Source: a bacterium (GTDB lineage Bacteria > Patescibacteriota > Minisyncoccia > Phycocordibacterales > UBA6899). From it: a DNA stretch of 64,000 bases. The stretch's first letter is position 1. Each line of letters begins with the position of its first letter. The position numbers and the translations under genes were made by a program. The notes below the pieces were generated by a model. The model searched no databases and was not told where the DNA came from. It was given only the letters and a program-made list of their open reading frames with translations. Below are positions 10,034-17,933 of this stretch, one piece after another. The DNA lies in assembly GCA_043756865.1 (NCBI GenBank), contig JAYUQG010000030.1, forward strand, positions 30,703 through 94,702, in the 5' to 3' direction.

Positions 10034-10246
10034 TTATTTGGCTTTGTATCCGAGCGTTTCAATTTCTTTGATGATAGCTTCTTTCGAAGTCTTCTCATCA
10101 TCGAACTCCCAATCACCATTCTTTGCGTCATATGACACAAACACACTACTGACACCCTCAACACCCTCAGTGACCATCTGTATACCCGTCGCGCATGCAC
10201 CGCAGTGCATACCCTCTATGTCCATGTGTAATTTTTGTACTGCCAT
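10034..10246 (-). CDS. copZ: Heavy-metal-associated (HMA) copper chaperone
   Basis: IEGMHCGAC, C-terminal LGY; 70 aa; near copA. Confidence 0.88.
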   Translation of the reverse strand: MAVQKLHMDIEGMHCGACATGIQMVTEGVEGVSSVFVSYDAKNGDWEFDDEKTSKEAIIKEIETLGYKAK

Positions 10247-10287
10247 ATAAATGTGAATAAATTAAGGTTACTTGTAATAAGTATATC

Positions 10288-10551
10288 CTATCTTTTAAAT
10301 TTTCTGAAAAGCATTAAGCATAGCATGCCGATTCCATAGAAAAGTGCGCAATTCAAGCCCGCTTCTACTGCAGCAACAAACCAATAAAGCGCGTCGTTGT
10401 TCCAACCCCAAGATGGAGCTAGCACGAGCGACCAAGGAAGGAGGCTCAGCATGAGACCAAGGTCGCCGAGAAACACTCTGTCGTAATCAATGATCGCCCA
10501 TGCAAAAACACATCCGTAGATCCCGACAAAGATAAGTGGAATATGTCTCAT
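10288..10551 (-). CDS. Small membrane protein
   Basis: 87-aa hydrophobic ORF within the copper cluster. Confidence 0.6.
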   Translation of the reverse strand: MRHIPLIFVGIYGCVFAWAIIDYDRVFLGDLGLMLSLLPWSLVLAPSWGWNNDALYWFVAAVEAGLNCALFYGIGMLCLMLFRKFKR

Positions 10552-10569
10552 GTAGCATCGTCGGTATAC

Positions 10570-13086
10570 CTAAACCTTCTTTGCAGCCAGTTCTTCTTCC
10601 TTCTTCGATTTCATGATTTGCTTTTCAATTGGTGGAACGAAGCGTTTCAATGTAAGCGAGTTCACCACAACCGAAATTGAGCTAAATGCCATGGCAAATC
10701 CTGCTATCTCAGGGCGTAGTGTTGCTTGCGAGAGGTTGAGGAAAGGTTGCCCAAGCCAGCCCAGATTCTCTTTGAGGCCGATGACCCAAAGAGCCGCCTG
10801 TCCTGCCGTTTGCGTGACCATAAGATGCGCTCCGGCGGCAACGGGAATAGCAACCACATTGTAGAAAAATGCCCAGAAAAGATTTTGCCACACCTTCTTG
10901 ATAGTCTTTGAAGAGAGCTGAATGGCCGTTGCTACGTCACGCAGGTCGTCTTTCACAAGAATGATTTCTCCGGTTTCTAGCGCAACGTCAGAGCCCGATC
11001 CAATAGCGATTCCGAGGTCACTCTGCGCAAGTGCAGGTGAGTCGTTGATACCGTCGCCCACCATAGCGACAACCTTCCCTTCTGCTTGCAGTTCTTTGAT
11101 TTTCTTCGCCTTATCCTGTGGAAGCACTTCTGCAAGGAAGCGATCGATGCCAACCTGCTTTGCAATCGCTGCTGCGGTACGAGGATTATCACCCGTAATC
11201 ATGATGATTTCTTTGCCCATGCGCTGTAGTTCTTGGATTGCTTCACGAGCGTAGGGCTTGAGTGCATCTGCCATTGCAATGAGCGCAACGAGCTTCCCGT
11301 CTACAACCATATAAACTGTGGTTTTGGCCTCTTCTTGTAGACGCGTCATGAGTGCCTCATGTGCCGTGGTGTCGACATTCAGCGTTTCCATGTACTTCTG
11401 ATTTCCAATGGCAATCTGCTTACCATTTACGTTTGCATGAAGTCCCATTCCTGCTACAGCCTCAAAATCTTTCGGTTCAAGGAGTTTCTTGCCCCCTTCT
11501 TTGCCCTTCTCCACCACTGCGCGTGCGAGTGGGTGCTCTGAGCCTGTTTCAAGCGATCCGGCGAGAAGGATTGCTTCTTCCTTGTCGAATGATGCGTCCA
11601 CCATTTCAAAGTCTGTAACAATTGGTTTTCCTATGGTAAGTGTACCGGTCTTGTCGAATGCCACTGCGGTAACACGATATGCCTTCTCAAGCGCCGCACC
11701 ACCTTTCAAAATTATGCCAAACTTTGCCGCCCGCCCAATACCCACCACCAGCGCCGTCGGAGTCGCGAGACCCATCGCACATGGACAAGAAATTACGAGT
11801 ACGGCGATCATCTTCGTGAGTGCGGGGCGGATTTGGTCTGGAACAAAGATAAAGTACCATACGCAAAATGTCAGCACCGAGAGAAATACTACTGCAGGAA
11901 CGAAGTATTCACTTATCTTATCTACGAGATCCTGAATGGGTGCTTTACGAGCCTGCGCCTCTTCAACCATGCGAATGATCTGGTAGAGGAGTGTGTCTTT
12001 CCCAATCTTCTCTGCTTTGACCTTTATAAGGCCTTCTTGATTGATGGTGGCTCCAATGACCTGATCACCGATGGTCTTGCCAACCGGAAATGACTCGCCC
12101 GTGACCACCTTCTCATCTAAATGTGTTTTTCCCTCAACAATAACCCCATCCACGGGTACTTTCTCACCGGGACGCACAAGGAGGACATCTCCCACAATGA
12201 GTTCAGCAAGTGGGACCGTGACTTCTTCGCCATTTCGCATGACATGCGCTTCTTTTGCCTCAAGCTTCATGAGCTCCTTGATCGCAGCTGATGCACGACC
12301 CTTGGCGACGATTTCTACATATCGCCCAAGCAAAATGAACACGAGGAGGGCTGCGGAGGATTCCCAGAACGGGTGGTCGATATTGAAGAACAGGAAGCCG
12401 AGCATGGAATAGAAGTACGCAGCTGAAGTACCGAGTGCGACAAGCACGTCCATGTTCGCAGACCCAACGCGAATCGATGTAAATGCATTGCGGTAAAACT
12501 GGTAGCCGATAATGAACTGAATTGGAGTAGAAAGGATCCAGTAGATCCAGTTGAGGTCTATGCGGATAGGAGGATTCATTGGATCTATTCCAAAGAGTAA
12601 GACAATGGCCTTCAACGGTTGTGCAATAAGCCAGAAAAGCCATTGAATACCGAATGAAATTGTACCCAAGATTCCGGACTCTGCTGTTGCAGGATACGAA
12701 AGCGACATGAAATCAAAGAGCTCATGCACATGTGTGAGGTTAAACATGTGAATCGCCATGTAATACGAGATGATAGGAAGCGCGAGTACAAGCGCAGCGA
12801 CAAAACGGCGTCGTGCCTCTTCTATTTTCCGAGCATCTTTGGCTTCATCTTCTTCAATAGAGGCAGATTCTTCGTCCGGACGAATAATATCGTACCCGAG
12901 CTGATTCATGAACTTGTCTATTTTCACAAGATCAATCTTTGTCTCGTCGTACTCAATCGCGGTTTTTTCCGCCCCATACGAGGTAGTCACGGACTGCACT
13001 CCCAGTTGCTTCCCGACAAGTTTGTCGATGAGCACCGAGCACGATGCGCAATGCATTCCTTTGACCTTGAGTACAACTTTTTGCAT
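10570..13086 (-). CDS. copA: Copper-translocating P1B-type ATPase
   Basis: GMHCASC, TGES, CPC, DKTGT, SEHP, GDGIND, YN and MxxSS TM motifs. Confidence 0.95.
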   Translation of the reverse strand: MQKVVLKVKGMHCASCSVLIDKLVGKQLGVQSVTTSYGAEKTAIEYDETKIDLVKIDKFMNQLGYDIIRPDEESASIEEDEAKDARKIEEARRRFVAALVLALPIISYYMAIHMFNLTHVHELFDFMSLSYPATAESGILGTISFGIQWLFWLIAQPLKAIVLLFGIDPMNPPIRIDLNWIYWILSTPIQFIIGYQFYRNAFTSIRVGSANMDVLVALGTSAAYFYSMLGFLFFNIDHPFWESSAALLVFILLGRYVEIVAKGRASAAIKELMKLEAKEAHVMRNGEEVTVPLAELIVGDVLLVRPGEKVPVDGVIVEGKTHLDEKVVTGESFPVGKTIGDQVIGATINQEGLIKVKAEKIGKDTLLYQIIRMVEEAQARKAPIQDLVDKISEYFVPAVVFLSVLTFCVWYFIFVPDQIRPALTKMIAVLVISCPCAMGLATPTALVVGIGRAAKFGIILKGGAALEKAYRVTAVAFDKTGTLTIGKPIVTDFEMVDASFDKEEAILLAGSLETGSEHPLARAVVEKGKEGGKKLLEPKDFEAVAGMGLHANVNGKQIAIGNQKYMETLNVDTTAHEALMTRLQEEAKTTVYMVVDGKLVALIAMADALKPYAREAIQELQRMGKEIIMITGDNPRTAAAIAKQVGIDRFLAEVLPQDKAKKIKELQAEGKVVAMVGDGINDSPALAQSDLGIAIGSGSDVALETGEIILVKDDLRDVATAIQLSSKTIKKVWQNLFWAFFYNVVAIPVAAGAHLMVTQTAGQAALWVIGLKENLGWLGQPFLNLSQATLRPEIAGFAMAFSSISVVVNSLTLKRFVPPIEKQIMKSKKEEELAAKKV

Positions 13087-13112
13087 AACAGAATAATGAA
13101 ATGATTAAATAA

Positions 13113-13850
13113 TTACGGCAACATGCGCACGTCAGCTTTCTCGTCAGTGTGATATTCGTATTTCTTGTCACCAGCTTCAAGCACGACGCGGTACCCAGGA
13201 ACGAGCGCGGCTGTACACGCCCCTTCGGGAAATGGGATGTCGAGACATCCGTTTGACCAAGTGATTGCACTAAAGCTTACAATTTTGACATTTGTTTCGC
13301 CAATTTTTAATTCTGCGGCAAGCGATTTTTGAGCCAATACCACCACTGGAGGTGTTGGTCCTGCGGGTTCAATAATAGCTACCGTGTCATCCTCGATCTT
13401 CGGCGCTACTCCAATTTCATTGACATGGAGTACTCCAATTTGGTCAAAATGACTACGTTTCTGTCCCTTATATTTTCCTGACTCCGCTACACCTTCGTTA
13501 CATGATACTGAACAATAAAATTGGAAGTTGCCTGCTTTCGTAACTACAAACGGTGGTACATCAAGTGTGGCGCGGGCTGGGATACGCTGTGACACACCGT
13601 AGGCATCGATACCCACCCCGTGATCGTATTCATCTTCGTTCACAAACTTCATTTTCACCGTATCACCGCGAGTCGCATAAATGTGCTCAGGCTCAAATAC
13701 CCATGAATTTTTGAGAATGGTAATAGTAAACTCCTTGACCGATCCAGTGTCCACCGGTTTTTGTGAATCGGGAATAAGAAATGAGCGATAGATAACTCCT
13801 GATGCAATCAGGGCGACTAAGACGATCATCAATGTTATGTATTTGTTCAT
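13113..13850 (-). CDS. Exported cupredoxin-domain protein
   Basis: TM anchor, HGVGI..YCSVSC..H CuA-like ligands, extra C-terminal WSNGCL..CTAALVPGY domain. Confidence 0.75.
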   Translation of the reverse strand: MNKYITLMIVLVALIASGVIYRSFLIPDSQKPVDTGSVKEFTITILKNSWVFEPEHIYATRGDTVKMKFVNEDEYDHGVGIDAYGVSQRIPARATLDVPPFVVTKAGNFQFYCSVSCNEGVAESGKYKGQKRSHFDQIGVLHVNEIGVAPKIEDDTVAIIEPAGPTPPVVVLAQKSLAAELKIGETNVKIVSFSAITWSNGCLDIPFPEGACTAALVPGYRVVLEAGDKKYEYHTDEKADVRMLP

Positions 13851-13878
13851 ACGTGCTGTATATATCTATCAACTAAAA

Positions 13879-14259
13879 TTATGCTACGGGCTTTTCTTCA
13901 TTTTTTGCTTCTGACGTCAACTTGACTGGAGGAACTTGCAAATACTTCCAGACCCCAACCGAGAGCAACGCCATGAGTGTGAGAGAAGTCATCATTACGC
14001 CCCACCAGGGTCCAGTACCAGGCTTGAGTATGCTGGATCCCCCCTGTGCATGCGAGTGGTCCGTATGACCGTCTCCCACCCCGTCCGCGACAGGTGCAGG
14101 TGCATGATCATGCCCAGCTGCGCCCACCCCGCCCAAAAGCTCATAATTTGCTCCCACAGAAATATAGTGCGCACTCGCAGACATTGGCACAAATGCGCTC
14201 GCAGTAACGATCTGTATTGCAACGACGAGAAATGTGATTTTTTTAGCAGAGTTTTTCAT
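13879..14259 (-). CDS. His-rich membrane-anchored protein
   Basis: Signal peptide, GHDHA/GHTDHSHA segments, C-terminal TM. Confidence 0.65.
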   Translation of the reverse strand: MKNSAKKITFLVVAIQIVTASAFVPMSASAHYISVGANYELLGGVGAAGHDHAPAPVADGVGDGHTDHSHAQGGSSILKPGTGPWWGVMMTSLTLMALLSVGVWKYLQVPPVKLTSEAKNEEKPVA

Positions 14260-14281
14260 ACGTAAGTCAGAAATAAATAAA

Positions 14282-15829
14282 TTAATGTCCGTGAGGCATC
14301 GACTCCTTCACCACTGGAGCTACATTTGGCGCAGACACACCTGCGTCGATCTTCTTGATCGCGTCACTCACTGTAGTTGCTGTTACTGCAGGCGCACCAT
14401 GATTCATAGACCCCATTTCCGCTCCACCTCCTGCTTGGCCTCCATGCCCCTTCACTCCCTCAAAGTTCATAAACCAAAATGGAAGGAAGACTGCGAATAC
14501 TGCAATTAGGAGAAGTGAGAGTGTGAGATACCAGTTCCTGCGCACATGCAGGAGCTGCTCTTCATATGCTTGCGAAGTTGCATCACGAAGTCCGCTTTCT
14601 GCTCCATAGCGCATTGCCTCTTCGAGTGCCAAACGCTCTTTTACAACCCCATCAAACTGGTTCTCTAATTCTTTTACCCGATTCCCCTGCTCACCTTCAG
14701 GAATGTGCAATACTACTTCGATACCGCGACGCTCTTCTTCAATCTTTGCAAGTTGTCTCTCAAGTTTTTGAATTTGGAGCGCAGGTGTTCCCAGTACGCG
14801 TTTCTTCTCCCTTGCATATGACCACCAAAATGGAAGGAGCCACAAAAACACGATGAACCAGTTGCCCCACTCAAGTGGCTGACCAAATATACCGCGGGAG
14901 TCTCCTTTGGCTACGCCATGGGCGTGAGCAACCTCAGTATTCAACTGCTCATTCATGCGCGTATTAAAGGCCTGCTCGTTGGTGATTTTTTCAAGAATGT
15001 TGTGTTGACCCGAATTCGTCCACCAATCATGAGTGAAGAGCCCAAGGGTGAGGATGAATCCTGCCACAAAGACCATCGCCCAACCGTTCACGCGCTCAAT
15101 CTTATCTTTGCGCGCAACGAGCCAATTAAGTCCATTCACCCCAAGCACTCCAAGCACCGCGAGAAGAATGAGCGGCAATACACGCCCAATCGCATGCACA
15201 AAGAACATTGACCATCCGTAGAATACATCTGCAGAAGAAGCAATTTCAATCAATATAAGTGGTGTTGCGGGGTGTGGACATCCAACACCGACATTACCGA
15301 GGAACATGCCGAGCAGAAATGCTTTGGCGTAATCTTTTCGCTTCTGAATGAAGTCGGGCGCAGAACCTGTATAGGAAGGCATGTGGAACTTCACAAGTCC
15401 TATCTCAGCAAGTGCGAAGGTATATGCAAATATACCCGCAAAGAAATATACCCAGTTCTTGATGTCATCTACTTGTGCTCCCATCATCGAAAGACCGGCT
15501 TTGCCTGCGAGCGCGGCGAGCACTCCGTACACAGAGAGCATGAGCGCGACACCAAGACCAAATGAGAGTGCTGTGCCGAGACCTTTGACGAGGCCTTTGC
15601 CCATGGAAAGTGGAACAATGACAAAAGCGAGAGGAAGCGTACACGGAAGCACAATCATCGTTAGCCCTGCCGCAAATGAGAAGAGATACCAGCCGAGTTT
15701 ACCCAGCTCTGCTCCTGCCTGTGGTGCAAGAAAAAGAAACCAGAAAAGCCCGACACCAATAACCGCAGTAATAATGAGTGCCGTAACTGCAATTATCGCC
15801 TTCAGTCTACTGTTTGATTGTTGTTCCAT
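14282..15829 (-). CDS. CcdA/DsbD-type thiol-disulfide membrane protein with coiled-coil and His-rich extensions
   Basis: LPCTLP and GVGCPHP Cys pair in a multi-TM region. Confidence 0.75.
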   Translation of the reverse strand: MEQQSNSRLKAIIAVTALIITAVIGVGLFWFLFLAPQAGAELGKLGWYLFSFAAGLTMIVLPCTLPLAFVIVPLSMGKGLVKGLGTALSFGLGVALMLSVYGVLAALAGKAGLSMMGAQVDDIKNWVYFFAGIFAYTFALAEIGLVKFHMPSYTGSAPDFIQKRKDYAKAFLLGMFLGNVGVGCPHPATPLILIEIASSADVFYGWSMFFVHAIGRVLPLILLAVLGVLGVNGLNWLVARKDKIERVNGWAMVFVAGFILTLGLFTHDWWTNSGQHNILEKITNEQAFNTRMNEQLNTEVAHAHGVAKGDSRGIFGQPLEWGNWFIVFLWLLPFWWSYAREKKRVLGTPALQIQKLERQLAKIEEERRGIEVVLHIPEGEQGNRVKELENQFDGVVKERLALEEAMRYGAESGLRDATSQAYEEQLLHVRRNWYLTLSLLLIAVFAVFLPFWFMNFEGVKGHGGQAGGGAEMGSMNHGAPAVTATTVSDAIKKIDAGVSAPNVAPVVKESMPHGH

Positions 15830-15863
15830 GAATACGCGTGAATAATAAAAAATAACACACCCC

Positions 15864-16136
15864 CTATGCAGGAAGTGCGGAAAGTGACTTTAATTTTTCG
15901 ACAAATTTCTCCTTGTTGAAACCTCCTGTTGCAAATACTTCGTTATCCAAAATAATTCCTGGTGAAGCGAAAATCTGGTACTTGCTGACCATTTCCTGGC
16001 CTTCTGGTGTGATAATAGAGAGCTCCTTCATGGCGACGTTCTTCCACTCGCCTTCAATCGTCTTCCAGTATTCTAAAAATTCATGGCAGTGGGTACAGCC
16101 AGGAGCGGTCAATACTTCGAGTGTAATGTTCTTCAT
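15864..16136 (-). CDS. Thioredoxin/glutaredoxin-family protein
   Basis: APGCTHC, YQIFASPGI. Confidence 0.85.
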   Translation of the reverse strand: MKNITLEVLTAPGCTHCHEFLEYWKTIEGEWKNVAMKELSIITPEGQEMVSKYQIFASPGIILDNEVFATGGFNKEKFVEKLKSLSALPA

Positions 16137-16292
16137 TCCTCATATTATATGCCATTTTTGACAAAATACTTGAAATCTTATCCACATTCATAATTTCCGA
16201 TTACACCCCTAGCTTATCGTTATCTTTTTCCGTATAGTTAATTAAGCAACTTCTTTACATGTGTAGTTTTTACCTTTTGAAAGGGGCAATAT

Positions 16293-17021
16293 ATGGCTAC
16301 GACCCCAAAACGTGCCGCACCGGCTGTTCCGCCCGCAAAAGACAGACGCAGACGCAAAAATCTGAGTCCCAGTGACACCTTGTGGTATTGGGCAACTTCT
16401 GGTTTTCATCTCACGCAACGCACGATTTACCTCGGCAGTGCGACAACTGATGTGGAGGGTAGCGAGAGTTCTGTCGACTCGGCAATGGCAAAGAACTTCG
16501 AAATTGCGATGCGCGCAGTCGAGCATGCTGACCCCAAAGGGCCGATCACCGTACTCATGAACAACCCCGGCGGCGATTGGTACCACGGTATGGCAATCTA
16601 CGACCGCATCACGGATTCGTCTTGCCATGTCACCATTTTGGCAACTGGATACGTCATGAGCATGGCGAGCGTTATCTTGCAGGCTGCTGACAAGCGCTTG
16701 TTGACGCGTAATGCGACGATGATGATTCACAGTGGGACTAACGGATTTTCCGGACATTCCCACGACTTTGTCCGCGCTGCAAAAGAAAACGAACGCATGA
16801 CGCTTGATATGGAGCAAATCTATCTTGGGCGCATGCTCGCAAAAGACCCGACGATGACAATCGACAAGATTCGTCAAATGCTCTTGTTCGATACGTTTAT
16901 CGATGCACCCAAAGCTATTAGGCTTGGTCTCGCAGACTGCCTTAATCCGCGCACCAAACACAAGCGGACGAAGGCGACTACGACTCCACCACCGCCTGTC
17001 CCGACAACCCCTCTATCTTGA
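16293..17021 (+). CDS. ClpP-like serine protease (divergent)
   Basis: NNPGG, GMAIYD, SMAS (Ser), MMIH (His), FDTFIDA..A..LGLAD. Confidence 0.85.
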   Translation: MATTPKRAAPAVPPAKDRRRRKNLSPSDTLWYWATSGFHLTQRTIYLGSATTDVEGSESSVDSAMAKNFEIAMRAVEHADPKGPITVLMNNPGGDWYHGMAIYDRITDSSCHVTILATGYVMSMASVILQAADKRLLTRNATMMIHSGTNGFSGHSHDFVRAAKENERMTLDMEQIYLGRMLAKDPTMTIDKIRQMLLFDTFIDAPKAIRLGLADCLNPRTKHKRTKATTTPPPPVPTTPLS

Positions 17022-17096
17022 GGGGTTTTTTAATATCATAGACGGCTCACTTTTTTGTGTTAGGGTAACACGAGTAATGTACTCAAGGAGATTCGT

Positions 17097-17591
17097 GTGG
17101 AAAAACTCCGCATTCGCCGCATTAATCGCGGAAACTGGAGCAAGTGGTCGAGGGTTGTCATGAAAACAATGCGCGCGGTGCTCCCAAAGGCAACTTGCCT
17201 CAGCGCAGCGCAAATGCGTTCAATATTTTCGGAATGTAGTTACGCTGCGTTCGTCGCGACAAAAGGAAAAAACTTTGCGGGATTTTCACTGGGATTCTTT
17301 CACGCTTTCGTGGACGATCCAGAAATTGCGGCACTCAAAGACAAAAATATTTTCCACCTTTGTCTCAACATCATCGAACCTAAGTTTCAAGGGGGCGGAA
17401 TCGGACTCGCCCTACTCCAGACTCGCATCAACGAGGCGAAGAGGCGCGGTGCACGCAACTGCACCTGCTTCGCAAGAAGCGGAGCGTCACTCCACAACCT
17501 AAAGAAAGTTGGTGGAAAAACCATCGGCATACGTAAAAACTATGGCGAAAGTGGCGAGACATTTCATATTGTACGCATCAATATTGCGTGA
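17097..17591 (+). CDS. GNAT-family acetyltransferase
   Basis: Acetyl-CoA motif PKFQGGGIG..LL. Confidence 0.75.
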   Translation: MEKLRIRRINRGNWSKWSRVVMKTMRAVLPKATCLSAAQMRSIFSECSYAAFVATKGKNFAGFSLGFFHAFVDDPEIAALKDKNIFHLCLNIIEPKFQGGGIGLALLQTRINEAKRRGARNCTCFARSGASLHNLKKVGGKTIGIRKNYGESGETFHIVRINIA

Positions 17592-17618
17592 CAAAAAAGC
17601 ACACTCACAATACGATAA

Positions 17619-17647
17619 TTGACAAAATGACTGTGGCGGGTTAGTGT
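17619..17647 (+). promoter_or_regulatory. Sigma70-type promoter
   Basis: TTGACA-17nt-TAGTGT with no good downstream ORF. Confidence 0.6.
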
Positions 17648-17653
17648 GCAAGA

Positions 17654-17893
17654 AGTAACTGGCAGTTCGATTCGTGTATCCATCTCTATATATAGAGACT
17701 TTCGGTGCAGTCATATATCTCCCGAACACAGGGCATGGGACCAAGACACCACCCCTTATGGATACGCCAATCTACTGCGCATACTCGCGTGAGTATTCCG
17801 CGAGTTCCGCGACCCCGGGGCAGGCACGCGAGTGTAGATGCACTCACCTGCCCCGGCCGCCACCCACAGACCACACCTGCGTGTGGTTTTTTT
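17654..17893 (+). ncRNA. Candidate structured non-coding RNA (family unassigned)
   Basis: Promoter upstream; stems GCAGT..GATT.CGTGTATCCAT/ATGGATACG..AATC.ACTGC, CTCGCG/CGCGAG, CCGGGGCAGG/CCTGCCCCGG enclosing GAGTG/CACTC; ends in terminator ACCACAC-CTGC-GTGTGGT7. Confidence 0.55.
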
Positions 17894-17933
17894 GCATAAA
17901 AAAACCGCGCCATGTTTATGGCGCGGGGTTCTA

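Noticed and set aside
16242-16961. Long antisense ORFs (e.g. 16242-16961, 55533-56342, 1715-2308, 33262-33738)
   Set aside because: Shadow frames of well-supported genes on the opposite strand, with no motifs
17660-17680. GTTCGATTC as a tRNA T-loop or tmRNA end
   Set aside because: No cloverleaf, acceptor stem or CCA context
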